Source: Clostridia bacterium
Lineage (GTDB): Bacteria > Bacillota > Clostridia > Christensenellales > CAG-1252
Assembly (NCBI GenBank): GCA_017394805.1
Contig: JAFPXC010000001.1
Span: 2,322-66,321, forward strand
Direction of reading: 5' to 3'
DNA: 64,000 bases
Part shown: piece after piece, positions 1 to 6,887 of the stretch
Layout: every line of letters begins with the position of its first letter
Numbering within the stretch: position 1 is the first letter of the stretch
The notes under the pieces: model-generated
The model's database searches: none
Told to the model about the DNA's origin: nothing
The model's input: only the letters and a program-made list of their open reading frames with translations
Position numbers and translations under genes: made by a program

Positions 1-105
1 ATCGTGCGACTTAGCGTATTCGTTACATACGCGGAGTTGTCCCTCTATGGACTGTTCCGTTTGGTTATCGCTCGAATAACGAGCATAGATTACTACTGAT
101 TTCAT
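1..105 (-). CDS. Serine recombinase (resolvase/invertase family), first 35 codons only; gene continues past the left edge
   Basis: Own reverse-strand translation (too short for the ORF track). ATG at 105-103 with AGGAG about 12 nt upstream. MKSVVIYARYSSDNQTEQSIEGQLRVCNEYAKSHD contains the YARxSSxxQ catalytic-serine motif of serine recombinases. Confidence 0.7.
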   Translation of the reverse strand, partial: MKSVVIYARYSSDNQTEQSIEGQLRVCNEYAKSHD

Positions 106-200
106 TTTAACTTTTATCTCCTTTATGTTTTAGATTTGTCTTTCGACGGGAACGGACAAAACGAAAACGGCTTATCGTCTGTTTTGTTGTCGTCGGTTTT

Positions 201-250
201 CTTTTCCGTCAAGGGTTGTGAAACAATGCACTTTACCCTTGACGGGAAAG
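201..250. repeat. 16-bp imperfect inverted repeat (long hairpin) between rep and the recombinase gene
   Basis: cttttccgtcaagggt (201-216) pairs with acccttgacgggaaag (235-250) with one mismatch and an 18-nt loop. No adjacent T-run on either strand, so it is not a clean intrinsic terminator. Confidence 0.6.
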
Positions 251-290
251 ACGGTTTCGTTTACGCTCCCCGATCCGAAAGACATATTGA

Positions 291-1171
291 TTAGTTGCAC
301 TTCGGCAACTTCGCTATGGTTTCTTTGCTGACTTGCCCGATGATCTCGCCCTCGGTGATACAGGTAAAATCGTCGAACAATAACGCCTTTCTGTCGTCCA
401 CTCCGTAAGGACAGGCAATATCCGTTTCGAGAACGTCGGAAAGAAAGTAAGTTGGTAGTTTACCACCGTAAACAAGCCTTTCGCCCGTCTTTTCCAAATA
501 CTTGGTGATATACTTCGCCGCTTGAGATATATCGTCCTGCTCGTTTATCTCTCGGAAGTCGTTTCTCCCGAAGTGTTTGAGAAAATGACTGTTTGGATAG
601 GTCGTTTGTCTGCGGCGATTCGTCGTGCTGTAATCTTCGATTGTTTCTATCGTTCCTATCATTTGCGGTATGTAGAATATTCCGTGGAAGTGTAAGCGTT
701 GTTTGTCGGGTGAACGCTCCCATACGCCGATATACTTCCAACCGTTGCGATTGACAAGGTGTTTCAACGTGTTGGACAGTTTCTTTCTGAACGTTTCTTC
801 GGTGTGCAATTTGTCGTCGTAGGTGAACGTGCAAAAATAGTTCCAGTCCTGCAATCGCAGTTTTCGCATAAGTCTGACCTTGCGTTTTATGGCGTTTGTC
901 TTTACCTGCTCCATATTCGCATTGACGAAAGTGGTCAAATCTTCGCTATCTTCGAACTCGTCTTGCAAGGCTTCTTTGATTGCCTTTTTGCGTTCTTTTT
1001 TCGGTTTGGATAAACTATCCTTGTATGCCGTTTCAAAGTGTGTTGTTCTTTGGGTGTTTGTTTTCGCTTTGCCGTTGCCTTTTTACTGACTTTACCGCTC
1101 GAGAACGCGCCTTGCGGTATCGCTATGTAATGACTGCCGTCAAAGTAGATTTTTGCGTTTCGATAATTCAT
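291..1171 (-). pseudogene. Rolling-circle replication initiator (HUH endonuclease Rep) split by a -1 frame change in an A5 tract
   Basis: ORF 291-968 carries Rep motifs FCTFTYD (motif 1), HFHGIFY (HUH) and KYITKYLEK (YxxxY tyrosines). Its frame stays open upstream to 1082. A second ORF with AAGGAG RBS and ATG at 1171-1169 (MNYRNAKIYFDGSHYIAIPQGAFSSGKVSKK...) runs into it. The two frames join in a -1 relationship at AGT AAA AAG (T5 run 1080-1084 on the + strand). The joined product would be about 293 aa. Confidence 0.7.
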
Positions 1172-1216
1172 TTTCGTTTTGCTCCTTATTGAGATTTTCG
1201 TTTTGTCGGCAAGCGG

Positions 1217-1268
1217 AAAATAAAAAGAGCAGGACACAAAAAACTAACGTGTTTCTTGTATCCTGCTC
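1217..1268 (-). terminator. Rho-independent terminator (minus strand)
   Basis: 13-bp stem gagcaggacacaa (1227-1239) / ttgtatcctgctc (1256-1268) with one G-U pair on the minus-strand RNA. It is followed on the minus strand by TTTTTATTTT (1217-1226). Confidence 0.7.
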
Positions 1269-1376
1269 CATAAACCCGACCACTGTTCCTATGCGGAAAT
1301 CTCGGCTCGCGGTTGCGGTACTATCTCTCTATCTTAGACTTACCGTTCAAATATTCAGTTGTTTTGCAACGTGTTT

Positions 1377-1520
1377 TCAGCTTTGTTGCTTTTGACTTTC
1401 TTTGTACGTTTCGACTATGCTCTCATACAGCGAATCGAGAAAAGACGTTTGCTCGCTTTCCGTCATCGCCGTTATATCCGGCTTGCCGACCGTTTCAATC
1501 GTGAGTTCCGTTTTCAGCAT
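1377..1520 (-). CDS. Small hypothetical protein (47 aa)
   Basis: Own translation, below the ORF-track cutoff. GGAGG lies 9 nt upstream of ATG 1520-1518. Product is MLKTELTIETVGKPDITAMTESEQTSFLDSLYESIVETYKESQKQQS, with stop at 1379-1377. The terminator at 1217-1268 follows. Confidence 0.4.
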   Translation of the reverse strand: MLKTELTIETVGKPDITAMTESEQTSFLDSLYESIVETYKESQKQQS

Positions 1521-1727
1521 TTCTTTCTACCTCCTTTTTTCGCTATGGTAACTTCCTAACTCGCAAGTTCTTTGCGACTTTGAAAAAAAGGAATAGAAAA
1601 CGGACGAAAATTCTTTCGTATTCCGCCCGTTAAATGCAATCTCCGTCCCACAATACAAAAGATACCAAACGGAAAACAAATAAAAGACCACGGCGTAAAA
1701 TGATGTAAAACTCAAAAACAGCCGACG

Positions 1728-1877
1728 GCGGATCATCGGGGCGATTCGCAAGCGGTTTAGCGAGAACGCCCCGATCCGCTCGGCTTTGAGTGTTTCATTT
1801 TACCGTGTCGATTTGGTTTTCGGCGGGTGCTTGACCGCGCCGAGCATCGGCGCGCTTGTATATGTCAAGCACCCGCC
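1728..1877. other. Cluster of GC-rich nested inverted repeats in an AT-rich intergenic region; candidate replication origin or recombination site
   Basis: Hairpin 1: gcggatcatcggggcg (1728-1743) versus cgccccgatccgc (1767-1779), 13 bp with a 3-nt bulge. Hairpin 2: a perfect 14-bp pair ggcgggtgcttgac (1822-1835) / gtcaagcacccgcc (1864-1877) encloses a second perfect 7-bp pair cgcgccg (1836-1842) / cggcgcg (1848-1854). Confidence 0.35.
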
Positions 1878-1887
1878 ACAGTGCCAT

Positions 1888-1916
1888 TTGTTTGTTTTAT
1901 ACATTTATGATATACT
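1888..1916 (+). promoter_or_regulatory. Sigma-70-type promoter upstream of the R-M gene cluster
   Basis: TTGTTT (1888-1893), a 17-nt spacer that includes the TG of an extended -10, then TGATATACT (1908-1916). AGGAGG RBS and ATG at 1941 follow. Confidence 0.55.
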
Positions 1917-1940
1917 TTTATTTAAAAAGGAGGGTTATTT

Positions 1941-2510
1941 ATGAAACCTATCGAAAAAGACTTTATATTGCAAACAACCACGCGCAAACAAATGAGAGAC
2001 GATTTAATCAAAGAATTTCTCAAAGAAGAACCTGGCACTGGCAATGGAGATAATGCCTCCAAGTATTCATTTAGAGTGGAGACATTTGGAGTTTATCAAA
2101 TCGTATTAGAAAGACCTGCACATAATAACAAAGGGATAGATTTTATTGTTAGAGTTAATGACATAACGTTTGAACATAAAGTAAATGGCAAAAAACTCAA
2201 GTATTCAAAATTCAACAATGCACCAAGCCATGATAATATACTTGATGCACTTGAATATTGCAAAAATAACTATACAAAACTATATAATTCATTTGTTATA
2301 AACGAGCTTTCAAAGATATATAACTGTAAAATAGTTGGGTATTCGAAGCCTTCTGGAGCATCATTTGTAGATTGTAAAGGAAACCAACATCCTATTGAAA
2401 TGCTATTGTTGTCAATCAAGTGGCTTTTTATCGAGCAAGACTGTACATATTGGAACTACTCTGGTAGAAATATGTTATATACTGGTTTAAAAAATAAAAA
2501 TCTTATTTAA
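1941..2510 (+). CDS. Hypothetical protein (189 aa), first gene of the AT-rich R-M cluster
   Basis: ORF track; strong AGGAGG RBS 7 nt upstream; codon composition matches neighbouring island genes. I recognise no motif. Confidence 0.6.
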   Translation: MKPIEKDFILQTTTRKQMRDDLIKEFLKEEPGTGNGDNASKYSFRVETFGVYQIVLERPAHNNKGIDFIVRVNDITFEHKVNGKKLKYSKFNNAPSHDNILDALEYCKNNYTKLYNSFVINELSKIYNCKIVGYSKPSGASFVDCKGNQHPIEMLLLSIKWLFIEQDCTYWNYSGRNMLYTGLKNKNLI

Positions 2511-2583
2511 AACGATAAAGATTTTCTTGCTATTATTCGCTATTTTGGAATATAATATTCTTATTAAAATTCGAGGTGATATT

Positions 2584-3651
2584 ATGTTGAGTTTTATGTC
2601 CGCGAAAGAAGCCGCTGAAAAATGGGATATCTCTCAAAGGAGAGTTGCTATACTATGTTCCGAAAAACGTATCGACGGAGCAATGATGGTCGGCAATATG
2701 TGGATTATTCCGTCCACCGCTGAAAAACCTATTGATAAAAGAACCGTTCGTTATGAAAAAACAAAAACTGTCACACTTAAACCATTTGTAAAATGGGTCG
2801 GCGGTAAAAGTCAACTTGTCGATGAAATAGAAAAAATGTTACCGTCTGACGGTGAAAAAGTTTTGACGAAATACGCTGAACCTATGGTCGGCGGCGGCGC
2901 ATTATTTTTCAATATCCTTTCAAAGTATGATTTTGAAGAACTTTATATAAGCGATATAAACGCTGAACTTATAAATGCATACAAGGCGGTAAAAACCGAT
3001 ATCGACAACTTGATCTCAAAACTCAATGAAATGCAAATGTCGTTCTTGCCTATGGATGAAAACGGCAGAAAGTATTTTTATTATAATATTCGCGAAAAAT
3101 TTAATTCGACCATCTTATCTGCAGAAACTTCAACTGAAAAAGCCGCACAGTTTATTTTCTTGAATAAAACTTGTTTCAATGGCTTATATCGCGTAAATAG
3201 AAAAGGTCAATTTAACGTTCCTATGGGAGCATATAAAAATCCGACTATTTGTGATGATGAAAACTTGCGAAACATTCACGAAGCGTTGCAAAACGTAACG
3301 ATTGTTTGCGGAGATTATTCGCTTTCAAAATCATTCATAGATAAAGATACTTTCGTATATCTTGATCCCCCTTATCGTCCTATTTCCGAAACATCTGCAT
3401 TTACTTCATATAATTCTGAATCTTTTGATGATAATGAGCAGATACGACTTGCACAGTTTATTGATGAAATCAACAAGTTGGGAGCAAAGATTGTTTTAAG
3501 CAATTCGGATCCGAAAAACGTAAACGAAGATGACAATTTCTTTGATGATTTGTATAGAAATTATAAAATCAACCGTGTCGAAGCAAGCCGTGCAATCAAT
3601 AGCAAAGGTGATAAGCGCGGTAAAATAAACGAATTGCTCATTTGCAACTGA
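2584..3651 (+). CDS. Dam-family N6-adenine DNA methyltransferase (GATC type, DpnM / M.MboIA-like) with an N-terminal helix-turn-helix extension
   Basis: FVKWVGGKSQL, EPMVGGGALFF (AdoMet motif), NGLYRVNRKGQFNVP and YLDPPYRP (motif IV) match the Dam/DpnM family from memory. The extra N-terminus MLSFMSAKEAAEKWDISQRRVAILCSEKRIDGA looks like an excisionase/MerR-type HTH. Start chosen at ATG 2584 after GAGGTGA; the ORF-track TTG at 2527 is less likely. Confidence 0.9.
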   Translation: MLSFMSAKEAAEKWDISQRRVAILCSEKRIDGAMMVGNMWIIPSTAEKPIDKRTVRYEKTKTVTLKPFVKWVGGKSQLVDEIEKMLPSDGEKVLTKYAEPMVGGGALFFNILSKYDFEELYISDINAELINAYKAVKTDIDNLISKLNEMQMSFLPMDENGRKYFYYNIREKFNSTILSAETSTEKAAQFIFLNKTCFNGLYRVNRKGQFNVPMGAYKNPTICDDENLRNIHEALQNVTIVCGDYSLSKSFIDKDTFVYLDPPYRPISETSAFTSYNSESFDDNEQIRLAQFIDEINKLGAKIVLSNSDPKNVNEDDNFFDDLYRNYKINRVEASRAINSKGDKRGKINELLICN

Positions 3652-3661
3652 GGTGAGTCAA

Positions 3662-3904
3662 ATGACAAATGATAATTTCAGTATTTTGTTAGATTGTTTG
3701 CGGATAGTTGAAAATCCAAATATTGAACAGCAAGCAAAAGATAAGGCAATCAAAAATCTTATATGTAAAATGATAGATATGAATATGGCTTACGGCAATA
3801 TTACTAAACAAGACTTGAAGCATTTAGTTGATATTTCTAATACTGCAAAAGAATTATACGAAGTGGCTTCAGTATATTTCGCGAGTCATGACATTAGACT
3901 CTAA
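3662..3904 (+). CDS. Small hypothetical protein (80 aa) between the methylase and the endonuclease
   Basis: ORF track frame (GTG 3653). ATG 3662 is preferred because GAGGTGAG lies just upstream. No recognisable HTH, so it is not an obvious C-protein. Confidence 0.5.
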   Translation: MTNDNFSILLDCLRIVENPNIEQQAKDKAIKNLICKMIDMNMAYGNITKQDLKHLVDISNTAKELYEVASVYFASHDIRL

Positions 3905-3915
3905 GGAGAAAACAT

Positions 3916-4779
3916 ATGAAAAGAGATTTTAATGAGTGGCTTAAAACATTCAAGTCGAGCATTTGCAATTATGGCTATTATGTTGATTTCGAGAAAGTTT
4001 ACGGCAATATCGAGAATATAAAAGTTGAGTTGAATATTCTCAATTCTCTTATCGGCTCTAAAAATATAGAACATGATTTTGAAAAGCTTGTTGCAGAATA
4101 TCCGCAAGTGTTGAAATGTATTCCGATTTTGCTTGCGGTGCGTGGGCGTGAAATATATGCTATTGACGGCGATGGCGAATATCTTTTTAATTTCCATACG
4201 CTCAATTACACGACAAAAGAGTATATAATGTTTATGCAAAAGACGGGTTTGTTTGATTTAATCGCAAATCACGTTATCAATAACCTTGTCGATTATGTTA
4301 CGGGCGTAGAAGTAGGACTTGACAGTAACGGTCGCAAAAATCGCGGCGGACATTTAATGGAAAATCTTGTTGAAGATTATCTTGTAAAAGCGGGACTTAT
4401 AAAAGGTGAAACATACTTTAAGGAGATGAAACTATCCGCTATTGAAAAGAAATGGGATATTGATTTATCGGGTATATCAAATCAAGGAAAAGCCGAAAAG
4501 CGGTTTGATTTTGTTGTTAAAAAAGGTAAAACAATTTATGGCATAGAAACGAATTTTTATACCGGTGGCGGCTCAAAATTAAACGAAACTGCACGCAGTT
4601 ATAAAACAATCGCATTAGAGGCAAAACAAATCGACGATTTTTCCTTCGTGTGGCTTACCGACGGTTACGACGGTTGGAAATCTGCACGGCATAATTTGGA
4701 AGAAACTTTTGACGTGTTAGACAATATGTATTGTATAGCCGACTTGGAAAATGGCGTTATTGCTAAACTGTTCGATTGA
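3916..4779 (+). CDS. Type II restriction endonuclease, DpnII/MboI family (expected GATC specificity)
   Basis: 287 aa, the same size as R.DpnII. Long colinear similarity from memory: FNEWL...YYVDFEKVY..NI..IKVELNILNSLIGSKNIE, LVDYVTGVEVGLDSNGRKNRGG, KRFDFVVK, NFYTGGGSKLNETARSYK. AAGGAGA RBS. Confidence 0.9.
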   Translation: MKRDFNEWLKTFKSSICNYGYYVDFEKVYGNIENIKVELNILNSLIGSKNIEHDFEKLVAEYPQVLKCIPILLAVRGREIYAIDGDGEYLFNFHTLNYTTKEYIMFMQKTGLFDLIANHVINNLVDYVTGVEVGLDSNGRKNRGGHLMENLVEDYLVKAGLIKGETYFKEMKLSAIEKKWDIDLSGISNQGKAEKRFDFVVKKGKTIYGIETNFYTGGGSKLNETARSYKTIALEAKQIDDFSFVWLTDGYDGWKSARHNLEETFDVLDNMYCIADLENGVIAKLFD

Positions 4780-4780
4780 T

Positions 4781-5524
4781 ATGGCAAAAAAGATTCCTTT
4801 ACAACCCGAAGATTTCGAACTCGAAACAAATACCGTTTGGGCTTTTCCCGATCGCGGTAAATGGGCAACGCACGACGCTAAATATCGTGGAAATTGGTCA
4901 CCGTATATTCCGAGAAACGTAATTCTGCGTTATTCGAAAGAGAACGACATTGTTTTGGATCAGTTTGTCGGTGGCGGCACTACTGCCGTTGAAGCCAAAC
5001 TGACAGGCAGAAATTTTATCGGTGTTGATATTAACCCAAACGCACTTGAAATTACAAAAAGCAAATTGAATTTCGAGTGTGAATTTAATCCGACGATAAA
5101 TATTATGCAAGGCGATGCGCGCAATCTTTCGTCTATTGCCGACGATTCGATAGACCTTATTTGCACACACCCGCCTTATGCCGATATTATTCATTACAGC
5201 GAAGATATCGACGGCGATATGTCGCTTATGCCGATGAAAGATTTTTTGTTTGAAATCGGCAAAGTCGCAGAAGAATGCTATCGGGTATTGAAAAAGGATA
5301 AGTTTTGCGTTATACTTATGGGAGATATGCGCAAAAAAGGTATGGTCCAACCACTTGCTTTTGAAACGATGCGTATTTTTGAAATGGCAGGGTTCAAAAC
5401 GAAAGAAATTATAATCAAAGAACAACACAACTGCAAAGCCACGGGCTATTGGAAAACAAACAGTATAAAGTTTAATTTTCTTTTACTCGCCCACGAGTAT
5501 ATGTTTGTTTTAAAAAAGCGGTAA
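4781..5524 (+). CDS. Second DNA amino-methyltransferase of the R-M cluster (motif I before motif IV)
   Basis: LDQFVGGGTTAVEAKLTGRNFIGVDINPNA (AdoMet motif I) is followed by CTHPPYADI (catalytic xPPY). ATG 4781 lies 1 nt after the endonuclease stop (TGAtATG). The M-R-M order mirrors the MboI arrangement. Confidence 0.8.
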   Translation: MAKKIPLQPEDFELETNTVWAFPDRGKWATHDAKYRGNWSPYIPRNVILRYSKENDIVLDQFVGGGTTAVEAKLTGRNFIGVDINPNALEITKSKLNFECEFNPTINIMQGDARNLSSIADDSIDLICTHPPYADIIHYSEDIDGDMSLMPMKDFLFEIGKVAEECYRVLKKDKFCVILMGDMRKKGMVQPLAFETMRIFEMAGFKTKEIIIKEQHNCKATGYWKTNSIKFNFLLLAHEYMFVLKKR

Positions 5525-5613
5525 GTTTTGTAAAATGCAAGGTTTATTATAACCATCCACTACGCTTGATAGTAGTCGATAGTAGATAAGAAAAGTTATT
5601 AGGAGTGAAAAAA

Positions 5614-6885
5614 ATGACAACTATTGTACGCTCAATCGAAGATGCATTGCATTACGAAATATCTCAAGTACAAGTTGAAGAATATTGGAATTTGGGTGAT
5701 ACTCCAGAATTAAAAATACATAGTATTCATGCATACCCAGCAAAATTTCCGGCATTTATCGCAAGCAAAGCCATTCAGTTGGCATATAAAAGTGGAATTG
5801 AAGTGAATACGGTTTCGGATATTTTTTGCGGTTGTGGGACAGTTGCAATTGAAGCTAAACTTAATGGTGTAAATTTCTGGGGATGTGATATCAATCCCAT
5901 CGCAACCTTAATTACTAAGGCAAAAATAGGAAATTATAGTATAAGCAAATTAGAGGAACTGTATAATTTTATTCAAGATTCATATTCCAATAACAGAACC
6001 GTATATAATTACGAAGAGTCAAATGAACGTATAAGATACTGGTTCAAACAAGAGCAATTCTATGACTTAAGCAAGCTTAAAGAAGCAATTATGTCTATTC
6101 CCAAAGGAAAATATCGCACTTGTTTTGAGTGTCTGTTTTCATCCATATTAAAACCTACATCAAAATGGCTAACAAAATCTATAAAGCCACAAATTGATCC
6201 CAATAAGAATATTGCTGATGTTTGGAAAACTTTTGAACGTCAATTTAGAAAGTTTACTAAATGTGTGAGCGATATGCCTCAAACTCAATCTAATATTGAA
6301 ATTGTGACATGTAGTATTTTAACAAAAAAAAGTTTGCCAAAAGTAGATTTAATTATTACTAGTCCGCCTTATGTAACCTCATATGAGTATGCGGATTTGC
6401 ATCAACTTTCTTCCCTGTGGCTTGACTTTACGGATGATTACACTTTGCTACGGAAGGGAACGATGGGAAGCGCATATAATAGTGAAACATTTAACTATGA
6501 TATTCTAGAATTAAATGAAACGGCACGTGAAATTATATTAGAATTAAAGTCAAATAAAAAAATTTCAAAGGCAAAAATTAAGTCTATTGCGAGATACTAT
6601 ATTGATATGCAAAAGGCTACAGAGCAGTGCTATAAAATGTTGAATCCGCACGGTATGGCGTTATTTGTAATTGGAGATACGGAATACAAAGGAACGCAAA
6701 TACATAACTCTAGGCAACTTGTTGAATCTTTAATAAAAAGCGGGTTTCGGGAAGTTACTGTTTCTAAACGAAAGATTAGGAATAAAATATTAACTCCTTA
6801 TAGAGATGAAAATGGCAAGTTTACTAGCAACAAAGATGATCGGGAAATCTATCACGAGGAATTTGTAATTACTGGGAGAAAATAA
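5614..6885 (+). CDS. DNA amino-methyltransferase with SPPY catalytic motif (N4-cytosine or N6-adenine), first gene of a three-gene operon
   Basis: DIFCGCGTVAIEAKLNGVNFWGCDINPIA (motif I) and LIITSPPYVTSYEY (motif IV, nt 6361-6372). AGGAG lies 8 nt before ATG 5614. About 150 aa separate the two motifs, which may be a target-recognition region. Confidence 0.8.
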   Translation: MTTIVRSIEDALHYEISQVQVEEYWNLGDTPELKIHSIHAYPAKFPAFIASKAIQLAYKSGIEVNTVSDIFCGCGTVAIEAKLNGVNFWGCDINPIATLITKAKIGNYSISKLEELYNFIQDSYSNNRTVYNYEESNERIRYWFKQEQFYDLSKLKEAIMSIPKGKYRTCFECLFSSILKPTSKWLTKSIKPQIDPNKNIADVWKTFERQFRKFTKCVSDMPQTQSNIEIVTCSILTKKSLPKVDLIITSPPYVTSYEYADLHQLSSLWLDFTDDYTLLRKGTMGSAYNSETFNYDILELNETAREIILELKSNKKISKAKIKSIARYYIDMQKATEQCYKMLNPHGMALFVIGDTEYKGTQIHNSRQLVESLIKSGFREVTVSKRKIRNKILTPYRDENGKFTSNKDDREIYHEEFVITGRK

Positions 6886-6887
6886 CT

